Of a stretch of 5,005 nucleotides of DNA, positions 1 to 5,005 are shown in pieces. The notes under the pieces were generated by a model. It made no database searches. It saw only the letters and a program-made list of their open reading frames with translations, and was not told the origin of the DNA. The DNA comes from a virus (lineage: Duplodnaviria; Heunggongvirae; Uroviricota; Caudoviricetes). Numbering within the stretch: position 1 is the stretch's first letter; each line of letters begins with the position of its first letter. The translations under genes were made by a program, and so were the position numbers. The stretch lies in IMG/VR virus record IMGVR_UViG_2698536450_000013. One strand, given 5' to 3'.

Positions 1-103
1 CCAGCGACCAGCGACCAGCGACCAGCGACCAGCGACCAGCGACCAGCGACCAGCGACCAGCGACCAGCGACCAGCGACCAGCGACCAGCGACCAGCGACC
101 AGC
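1..103 (+). repeat. Perfect heptanucleotide tandem repeat (CCAGCGA)n, 14 full copies plus a 5-nt partial copy; tract continues past the 5' window edge
   Basis: Direct reading: ccagcga repeats without mismatch from 1 to 98, then ccagc (99-103). The unit is not a multiple of 3. All three + frames are open through the tract and encode the same heptapeptide in circular permutation (QRPATSD in frame 2). Confidence 0.95.
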
Positions 104-2155
104 AGTAAATCAAGAAAGTCTGTAAAATCTGTTGAGCCGGAAATTACCGAACTGGCGAACTCATGGCTTAAATCTTACAGGCTTGATTACAAGTTGCAGA
201 ATGCATCACTTAACGGAGAGATCGATAACGCACTGGACGCTTATTTTTCGAAAAATGGCGGCGCAGGCGGTAATCGTCCCGACGTAAAACTCCTTGTTAA
301 GGACAAATACGGCAAGCAGTATCCCGTTCTCATCGAGTATAAAGGCTACAAGGACAGGCTTATCAGACTTGGCAGCAACGGTATTATTGAGAACAAAGAT
401 GCCAGAAAAGAATGGAATTTTAAAAATATTAATGGATACGCGGTGAATGGCGCAGTCCATTATGCCAACGCACTTCTTCAGTTCACCAATTACCCTGATA
501 TTATTGCTATTGGTATGACCGGCTGGCGCGATGATGGTACAGGCGAACTGCATCATGAAATCGGCGTGTGGTACGTATCAAAGAATAATTTAGGAGCCGG
601 ACAGAAGGTTGGTGAATTCACCGACTTATCGTTCCTTGCTGATAAAAATGTTGATGGATTTCTCAACAAGATAAAGCTGCTTAATCTTCCTCCCGAAGAA
701 CTGGAAAAAATCAAGGCCAGCAAAGAGGAAGAGATAGACACGCGACTTTCCCGTCTGAATAACGATATTTACCAGAATGAAAAGGGGCTTGGTGAAAGTG
801 ATCGTGTTTACCTTGTTGTGGCTACCGTTATTGCAACGTTGGGGATTCCGGGAAAGTTAGCACCGCTGGATAAAAAAGAACTGACCTCTTCAACGGAGGA
901 GGACTTGCGTGATGGTGATATTATTTTCAGGAAAATAAGGAATTTTTTAAGGCTGAAAGCTGTTCCTGAAACAAAAAGAGAAATGATTTTGCGCTCGTTG
1001 CAAAATACGCTGTGGACTGAAAACATTAACAAACCAGTCAACGGTGAAAGCCAGTTAAAGCGCGTGTTTGTTAAAGTTGTTGATGATCTTGGGGAGTATT
1101 ACAAAATTGGACTGACCACCGATTTTACGGGCAAACTGTTTAATGAGATGTATCGCTGGCTTGGATTTACGCAGGACAAGCTCAATGACGTCGTTCTGAC
1201 ACCACCTTATGTTGCCACATTGCTGGCACGACTCGCCAGAGTAAACAAAGATTCCTATGTGTGGGATTTTGCTACAGGTTCTGCGGGATTGCTTGTGGCT
1301 GCAATGAATGAAATGCTCATTGACGCCAGAGAAAATATTCACTCACCGAACGAACTACAACTTAAGGAAGCGCAAATCAAGGCTGAACAGCTTCTTGGCC
1401 TTGAGGTGTTATCCAGTATTTATATGCTGGCCATCCTGAATATGATTTTGATGGGGGATGGTAGCTCGAATATCCTCAATAAAGACTCGCTGGCCGATTT
1501 TGACGGCAAGTATGGATTTGGGAAAACAGGAGAAAAATTCCCTGCGGACGCATTTATTCTCAATCCTCCGTATTCAGCTAAAGGTAACGGCATGATTTTC
1601 GTGCAGAAGGCGCTGTCGATGATGGATAAAGGCTATGCTGCAGTGATTATCCAGAGTTCAGCTGGCACAGGAAAGGCTACGGAGTACAACAAAAAAATAC
1701 TCAAGGAAAATACCTTGCTGGCAAGCATCAAAATGCCTGCGGATCTGTTTATTGGTAAATCAAGCGTTCAGACGTACATTTACGTTTTTCAGGTAAAAAT
1801 TCCGCATAACGCGAAACAGGCTGTTAAGTTTATCGACTTTTCCAATGACGGCTACGCTCGCTCTAATCGCAAAAAGGCAAGAAACAATCTTGTTGATGCC
1901 GATCGTGCAAAAGAGCGTTATCAGGAGGTTGTGGATCTGGTTCACTTCGGGAAAGGTTGCCTTAATATCTTTACGGAGGATGAATATTTTGAGGGAACAA
2001 TCGATCCTGATAGTGGTGAGGACTGGAATCAGACCAGGCCAGTAGATGCTAGGCCAACGCTGGAGGATTTCAAAAAGACGGTAGGTGATTACCTTGCATG
2101 GGAGGTCTCGCAATTACTGAAAAAACAAGGTGAAAACAATTTTGCGGGAAAGTAA
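2..2155 (+). CDS. 5'-partial CDS: gamma-class N6-adenine DNA methyltransferase with an N-terminal putative PD-(D/E)xK nuclease domain (Type IIG/IIB-like or Type I HsdM-like modification subunit)
   Basis: Frame 2 has no stop from the window start to TAA at 2153-2155. The ORF track starts at TTG 194 only because there is no ATG/GTG/TTG earlier; the upstream translation (SVEPEITELANSWLKSYRLDYKL) reads as ordinary protein and TTG 194 has no convincing Shine-Dalgarno. Motifs seen: LTPPYVATLLARLARV followed by VWDFATGSAGLLVAA (SAM-binding motif I, about nt 1258-1300), FILNPPYS (catalytic motif IV, about nt 1552-1575), and the post-NPPY region AAVIIQSSAG...LASIKMPADLFIGKSSVQTYIYVFQV typical of HsdM/MmeI-type enzymes. 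N-terminal RPD (D codon 281-283) ... IEYK (E 335-337, K 341-343) fits PD-x(n)-ExK. Confidence 0.8.
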   Translation, partial: QRPATSDQRPATSDQRPATSDQRPATSDQRPATSSKSRKSVKSVEPEITELANSWLKSYRLDYKLQNASLNGEIDNALDAYFSKNGGAGGNRPDVKLLVKDKYGKQYPVLIEYKGYKDRLIRLGSNGIIENKDARKEWNFKNINGYAVNGAVHYANALLQFTNYPDIIAIGMTGWRDDGTGELHHEIGVWYVSKNNLGAGQKVGEFTDLSFLADKNVDGFLNKIKLLNLPPEELEKIKASKEEEIDTRLSRLNNDIYQNEKGLGESDRVYLVVATVIATLGIPGKLAPLDKKELTSSTEEDLRDGDIIFRKIRNFLRLKAVPETKREMILRSLQNTLWTENINKPVNGESQLKRVFVKVVDDLGEYYKIGLTTDFTGKLFNEMYRWLGFTQDKLNDVVLTPPYVATLLARLARVNKDSYVWDFATGSAGLLVAAMNEMLIDARENIHSPNELQLKEAQIKAEQLLGLEVLSSIYMLAILNMILMGDGSSNILNKDSLADFDGKYGFGKTGEKFPADAFILNPPYSAKGNGMIFVQKALSMMDKGYAAVIIQSSAGTGKATEYNKKILKENTLLASIKMPADLFIGKSSVQTYIYVFQVKIPHNAKQAVKFIDFSNDGYARSNRKKARNNLVDADRAKERYQEVVDLVHFGKGCLNIFTEDEYFEGTIDPDSGEDWNQTRPVDARPTLEDFKKTVGDYLAWEVSQLLKKQGENNFAGK

Positions 2156-2195
2156 ATTCCCCGCTCAGCGATAAATTAAGAAGCGTTGAGTGGGG
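2146..2195 (+). promoter_or_regulatory. Candidate programmed -1 ribosomal frameshift cassette: slippery heptamer G_GGA_AAG (2146-2152), in-frame TAA (2153-2155), 6-nt spacer, 12-bp stem-loop (2159-2170 paired with 2184-2195, 13-nt loop)
   Basis: GGA and AAG are the last two sense codons of the upstream ORF. The -1 frame (GGG AAA GTA AAT...) is the frame of the downstream ORF, which is open from 2134. Stem CCCCGCUCAGCG pairs with CGUUGAGUGGGG (10 Watson-Crick plus 2 G-U); it may extend to 14 bp from 2157. Confidence 0.45.
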
Positions 2196-2214
2196 AGAGT
2201 TCAGGATTGGCGAT

Positions 2215-3309
2215 TTGTTCTATGTGAGCACAGGCTCGCTTATCTCCTCAGGAAGATTAAAACCAGGCAAAATCAAACGTGTTTCAGCAAAGAGCGATCA
2301 AAACGGTATCATCGGAGAGTTTGATACCGAGTTTATGGATGATGCAAGGCATTATGAAAATTTTATAAGCGTTAATTTTTTTGGAGATGCTTTTTATCAT
2401 CCTTATTGTGCCAGCGTAGAAATGAAGGTGCATGTTCTTACATTAAAATCAAGTAAGTCCGACTTTAATGCAAAGCGCGGACTGTATGTTGCCAGTATGA
2501 TTAATAAAGCTTTAAAGGGGCGTTTTAATTATGGTCAACAGTTATCGAGTTCCAAACTCAGAGATGGAGAATATTTCATCTCATTACCAGTGAAAAATAA
2601 TGAAATTGACTGGTTTTTTATGGATAATTATATAGAAGAGCTGGAAGCGGCCCATATAGAAGAGCTGGAAGCATACCTGATAGCTGCTGGGCTGAGTGAT
2701 TACCAACTAACGGAAAAAGATTATCTTATCCTGGAGCATTTTAAAAATATTGAATTTTCAGGCTTTCCTGTTACTGAGTTATTCTCAGTGTGCAATACAG
2801 GAAACATATTGTCTAGAGACATCATAGAAAATAGTGGGGATGTTCCTTATCTTTGTGCTAGCCGTGATAATAACTCTGTTAGTTCTTATATCGCCTATGA
2901 TGACTCACTCTTGGAAAAAGGGAACTGTATTTTTATTGGTGGTAAGACATTCGTTGTAACTTATCAGGAGCGAGACTTTTTTTCAAACGACAGTCATAAT
3001 TTGCGACTCTATGTTAACAATGAGGATGGAAGGACAAAGTTTGCTTATTTGGGCATTATTTCATGTATTTATAGGTCTATTTCACATAAATATTCATGGG
3101 GGGATAGTGTTAGTAATAGAAAAATTAAGAACGATGTTATTTGGTTGCCAGTGAAAAATAAGTCACCTGACTTTTGTTATATAAATGACCTTATTTCAGT
3201 TGTTCATAAGCTTGTCATTAAAGATGTTGTCCAGTACGCAGAACGCAAAATGAACGCATACAGGCAAGCTATAACAAGTCGCGGTTATGATGATTCTGGT
3301 GTCAGTTAA
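2215..3309 (+). CDS. Restriction-modification specificity (S / HsdS-like, BcgI-B-like) protein with two target-recognition domains; true N-terminus probably upstream of 2215 (frame open from 2134)
   Basis: ORF-track ORF of 364 aa ending at TAA 3307-3309. No ATG or GTG start and no Shine-Dalgarno; the listed start is TTG. The upstream in-frame translation VNSPLSDKLRSVEWGEFRIGDLFYVSTGSL looks like the start of a target-recognition domain. A second domain begins similarly (FSGFPVTELFSVCNTGNIL, about nt 2760). A repeated central region (IEELEAAH IEELEAYL) lies between them. The gene is visibly more AT-rich than the tRNA/TerB region. Confidence 0.7.
   Translation: MFYVSTGSLISSGRLKPGKIKRVSAKSDQNGIIGEFDTEFMDDARHYENFISVNFFGDAFYHPYCASVEMKVHVLTLKSSKSDFNAKRGLYVASMINKALKGRFNYGQQLSSSKLRDGEYFISLPVKNNEIDWFFMDNYIEELEAAHIEELEAYLIAAGLSDYQLTEKDYLILEHFKNIEFSGFPVTELFSVCNTGNILSRDIIENSGDVPYLCASRDNNSVSSYIAYDDSLLEKGNCIFIGGKTFVVTYQERDFFSNDSHNLRLYVNNEDGRTKFAYLGIISCIYRSISHKYSWGDSVSNRKIKNDVIWLPVKNKSPDFCYINDLISVVHKLVIKDVVQYAERKMNAYRQAITSRGYDDSGVS
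2630..2672 (+). repeat. Tandem duplication of a 24-bp (8-codon) unit inside the S-subunit central region: two perfect 19-bp copies of ATATAGAAGAGCTGGAAGC at 2630-2648 and 2654-2672
   Basis: Direct reading; the period is 24 bp, so it is in frame, encoding IEELEAAH / IEELEAYL between the two target-recognition domains. Confidence 0.9.
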
Positions 3310-3376
3310 AAAACATTTTACAATCGTAAAAATCCTCATATCATGATAAGAATGGTTACATTGCCACGCTGCTTAA

Positions 3377-3398
3377 CCCGCCGATGCGCGGGTTTTTT
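3377..3398 (+). terminator. Putative rho-independent terminator downstream of the S gene
   Basis: GC stem CCCGC (3377-3381) / GCGGG (3388-3392) with a 6-nt loop, followed by TTTTTT (3393-3398). The stem is short. Confidence 0.5.
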
Positions 3399-3573
3399 GT
3401 ATCCGGAATTCTGTGGGTTACCCTGCCCCCCTTAGAAAGGTGCGACAGCAATTAATAACAAAATCTTAAAAATCGCATATGGCACTATTAGTTTTCTAAA
3501 TATTGTATATTTTAAGTATTGCAGGATAACCCTGTAACGAAGTTTGCGTAACAGCATTTTGCTCTACGAGTTT

Positions 3574-3602
3574 GCCAGCCTCCCCCAGTGGCTGGCTTTT
3601 TT
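3574..3602 (+). terminator. Putative rho-independent terminator
   Basis: 7-bp stem GCCAGCC (3574-3580) / GGCTGGC (3590-3596) with a 9-nt loop, followed by TTTTTTAT. Confidence 0.6.
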
Positions 3603-3604
3603 AT

Positions 3605-3724
3605 GTCCGTAGCGTCAAAGCAGCAATGGCGCTGGGGCGTCGTGCAATTGGCGTTGAGCTGGAGAGCGGGCGTTTTGAGCAGACGGTCAGGGAAGTTCAG
3701 AATGTAGTCAGTCAGAACGGATGA
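3605..3724 (+). pseudogene. 3'-terminal remnant of a beta-class (CcrM/Dam-like phage) DNA methyltransferase gene; N-terminal and catalytic parts absent
   Basis: Frame 2 translation ending at TGA 3722-3724 reads ...AAMALGRRAIGVELESGRFEQTVREVQNVVSQNG*. This resembles the segment that follows the C-terminal SAM-binding motif in beta-class amino-methyltransferases (pattern LGR-x-[FA]-IG-[IV]-E). The expected DPFxGSGTT motif is missing upstream, where the sequence is non-coding-like and contains the terminator. Confidence 0.45.
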
Positions 3725-3726
3725 TA

Positions 3727-3755
3727 TTGCAGAATTAGTTACGTACCGTTATTAT
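3727..3755 (+). promoter_or_regulatory. Possible sigma70 promoter for the tRNA cluster
   Basis: -35-like TTGCAG (3727-3732), 17-bp spacer, -10 TATTAT (3750-3755), then a GC-rich discriminator (CCTGCGCCC) before the first tRNA at 3765. The -35 match is weak. Confidence 0.3.
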
Positions 3756-3764
3756 CCTGCGCCC

Positions 3765-3840
3765 GGCCCTTTAGCTCAGTGGTGAGAGCGAGCGACTCAT
3801 AATCGCCAGGTCGCTGGTTCAAATCCAGCAAGGGCCACCA
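3765..3840 (+). tRNA. tRNA with anticodon CAU, resembling enterobacterial tRNA-Ile2 (lysidine, AUA-decoding) more than initiator or elongator tRNA-Met
   Basis: Hand-folded cloverleaf: acceptor GGCCCTT/AAGGGCC, D-stem GCTC/GAGC, anticodon loop CTCATAA, T-stem GCTGG/CCAGC, T-loop TTCAAAT, encoded CCA at 3838-3840. Confidence 0.88.
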
Positions 3841-3847
3841 TCACATA

Positions 3848-3924
3848 CCGCCATTAGCTCATCGGGATAGAGCGTCAGCCTTCGAAGCTGGTTGCGCGGG
3901 GTTCGAGTCCTCGATGGCGGTCCA
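3848..3924 (+). tRNA. tRNA-Arg, anticodon read as UCG (CGA/CGG-decoding)
   Basis: Hand-folded: acceptor CCGCCAT/ATGGCGG, D-stem GCTC/GAGC, anticodon stem TCAGC/GCTGG, loop CTTCGAA (U33, anticodon TCG at 3882-3884, A37), T-stem CGGGG/CCTCG, T-loop TTCGAGT, discriminator T, encoded CCA. Confidence 0.82.
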
Positions 3925-3937
3925 TTATCTGCACACT

Positions 3938-4014
3938 GTGTTGTTAGCTCAGCCGGACAGAGCAATTGCCTTCTAAGCAATCGGTCAGTGGTTAGACTCC
4001 ACTACAACGCGCCA
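3938..4014 (+). tRNA. tRNA-Arg, anticodon UCU (AGA-decoding, rare codon)
   Basis: Hand-folded: acceptor GTGTTGT/ACAACGC (one G-U), D-stem GCTC/GAGC, anticodon stem ATTGC/GCAAT, loop CTTCTAA (anticodon TCT at 3972-3974), T-stem AGTGG/CCACT, T-loop TTAGACT, discriminator G, encoded CCA. Confidence 0.85.
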
Positions 4015-4027
4015 CACTTATTTTCCA

Positions 4028-4051
4028 GGCTCGCTTCGGCGGGCCTTTTTT
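4028..4051 (+). terminator. Rho-independent terminator closing the tRNA cluster
   Basis: Stem GGCTCGC (4028-4034) / GCGGGCC (4039-4045) with a UUCG tetraloop (4035-4038), followed by TTTTTT (4046-4051). Confidence 0.7.
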
Positions 4052-4183
4052 GTATCTGCGCCACGCCCGGCGCATATCAACCACAGAGCCTTTCGGGGGT
4101 GAGCTTACGGAGTGGTCAGTGTGACTTTCTCTGTGGGCAGATCGCTCCCGGGCGTTGGCTCACCCACCCAAAGGAACGTCACG

Positions 4184-4615
4184 ATGTTTGGTATTTTTGG
4201 TAAAAAAGCCCGCCGAGCGGCAGTGGAAATTAAAAAGTTTGAGAAACGTGATCTGGCACAGGCGGTTATTAATGCTGCCTATCTGGTGGCCTATGCAGAT
4301 GGTGAATGTGAGGCTTCAGAGAAAGCGAAGATCGAGCAGGTCTTGCGTAACCAGCCTGCGTTGTCCGCGTTTACGTCAGAAATTAATGCGATTAGCGCAA
4401 CCATTATCGGTCAGCTGGATACCAATTTTAAAATTGGTCGTCGTGCCGCGTTACGCGAGATTGAGGATGTGAAACACGATACGCGTGAAGCGGAAGACGT
4501 GCTGGATGTGGCGGTGGCCATTGCCGAAGCAGACGGCGAAATAGAGCCGGAAGAGCGCAAGGTGCTGGAAGAGATTGCCGGTGTTCTGGGCCTTCGTCTG
4601 GAGAATCATCTGTGA
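4184..4615 (+). CDS. TerB-like (tellurite-resistance TerB family) domain protein, 143 aa
   Basis: ATG at 4184 is preceded by AAGGA (4171-4175) at 8-nt spacing; stop TGA 4613-4615. Two acidic ADG motifs typical of the TerB fold: VAYADGECEASEKAKI and IAEADGEIEPEERKVL. The ORF-track start at GTG 4112 adds 24 residues with no ribosome-binding site. Confidence 0.7.
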   Translation: MFGIFGKKARRAAVEIKKFEKRDLAQAVINAAYLVAYADGECEASEKAKIEQVLRNQPALSAFTSEINAISATIIGQLDTNFKIGRRAALREIEDVKHDTREAEDVLDVAVAIAEADGEIEPEERKVLEEIAGVLGLRLENHL

Positions 4616-4623
4616 CGGTAAAA

Positions 4624-4776
4624 ATGCGTCTGGCTGTGGTTGCGCTCCTGCTGTTTCTGGTGGTGATGGTGGACTTCAGCAGTCGGATAATGTCAGTGCT
4701 GGCTGACGGTGTGCTGGTGGCGGGTGTGGTGGTTGTTGCTTTCCCGTTGCTGAAAAAGAAAGCATCAGGCGATTAG
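4624..4776 (+). CDS. Small hydrophobic protein (50 aa, probably a single- or double-pass membrane peptide), possibly co-transcribed with the TerB-like gene
   Basis: ATG 4624 to TAG 4774-4776 encodes MRLAVVALLLFLVVMVDFSSRIMSVLADGVLVAGVVVVAFPLLKKKASGD: two hydrophobic stretches and a basic C-terminus. It starts 9 nt after the TerB stop; an in-frame GTG at 4612-4614 overlaps that stop. No strong Shine-Dalgarno, and it is below the ORF-track length cutoff. Confidence 0.35.
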   Translation: MRLAVVALLLFLVVMVDFSSRIMSVLADGVLVAGVVVVAFPLLKKKASGD

Positions 4777-5005
4777 CAGGGTATCAGTTACCCGTTGAAA
4801 TTTTTAAATACCTCACAATTCAGGCGGTTGACTGTTGTCTGGTTTGCGGGGAGTTTGTTAAAAGAAACTGGCATGGTGAATCCCCCTGTGCGGAGGGGCA
4901 ATCAGCAACCAGGTATATGTGATAATCGCGGATTCAGGTGCTGATACTGAATTCACCGGGAGGCACCCGGCACCATGCTTTGCCACAAAAGTGTTGTTTC
5001 TGTTT

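Noticed and set aside
1-103. Could the repeat tract be a CRISPR array?
   Set aside because: The units are 7 bp and directly abutting with no spacers, so this is a simple-sequence repeat.
194-196. TTG at 194 as the start codon of the methyltransferase
   Set aside because: It is only the first start-like codon the ORF finder can see. Frame 2 is open from the window edge, the upstream translation is protein-like, and there is no convincing Shine-Dalgarno before 194. The gene is treated as 5'-partial.
206-1342. Four minus-strand ORFs (206-556, 553-741, 808-1041, 1055-1342) from the six-frame track
   Set aside because: All lie antisense within the methyltransferase CDS, which has clear catalytic motifs. 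They have no recognisable motifs or ribosome-binding sites and look like low-complexity translations of the opposite strand.
1760-2113. Minus-strand ORF 1760-2113 and plus-strand ORF 1845-2045
   Set aside because: Both are embedded in the methyltransferase gene, in the other strand or an alternative frame, with no independent support.
3343-3438. Short ATG-initiated ORF of 31 codons between the S gene and the terminators
   Set aside because: It is cysteine- and proline-rich, runs through a terminator hairpin, and has no ribosome-binding site; it is probably non-coding.
4112-4183. GTG 4112 as the start of the TerB-like gene
   Set aside because: There is no ribosome-binding site, and the extension begins only about 60 nt after the tRNA terminator. 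ATG 4184 with AAGGA at 8-nt spacing is preferred.
3892-4203. ORF-track ORF of 103 aa
   Set aside because: It overlaps two tRNA genes and the terminator on the same strand; it is a chance open frame through structured RNA genes.
4155-4472. ORF-track ORF of 105 aa
   Set aside because: It is an alternative frame inside the TerB-like CDS, arginine-rich and without motifs, which is typical of an off-frame translation.
4913-4926. Possible -10 element (TATATG / GATAAT) upstream of the ATG at 4975
   Set aside because: No acceptable -35 hexamer at 16-18 bp spacing and the TG of an extended -10 is out of register, so a promoter call is not supported.
4777-5005. Shiga toxin genes, which sit downstream of this kind of tRNA triplet in Stx phages
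   Set aside because: Nothing in the remaining sequence resembles the start of stxA or its leader; the cargo here is the TerB-like pair.

Overview
The window reads as a horizontally acquired cargo cassette in what looks like an enterobacterial lambdoid-prophage late region, followed by a three-tRNA cluster and a TerB-like gene pair; all real genes are on the + strand. Everything here is from reading the sequence by eye: no database search, tRNA scan or folding program was run. (1) Bases 1-103 are a perfect heptanucleotide tandem repeat (CCAGCGA, at least 14 copies, running off the 5' edge). It sits in frame with a long ORF (frame 2, open from the window start to 2155), while both other frames hit TAA within 25 nt after the tract. 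That is the layout of a slipped-strand phase-variation switch. (2) That ORF encodes a gamma-class N6-adenine DNA methyltransferase (motif I VWDFATGSAGLL, motif IV NPPY) with a candidate PD-(D/E)xK nuclease motif in its N-terminal part. (3) The next ORF (to 3309) looks like a specificity subunit with two target-recognition domains and a duplicated 8-codon unit in the central region. It has no ATG/GTG start and no Shine-Dalgarno, and its frame opens inside the end of the methyltransferase gene. (4) At that junction there is a canonical -1 frameshift heptamer G_GGA_AAG, then the TAA stop, then a 12-bp hairpin 6 nt downstream. This could fuse the two ORFs into a single-chain Type IIB/IIG-like restriction-modification enzyme. 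(5) Two intrinsic terminators follow, then a 3' remnant of a beta-class DNA methyltransferase, suggesting the cassette replaced most of a resident phage methylase gene. (6) Three tRNAs follow (anticodons CAU, UCG, UCU), then a terminator, a TerB-like protein and a 50-aa hydrophobic ORF. The combination of a repeat switch and a frameshift-dependent fusion on an RM module is the part most worth testing.
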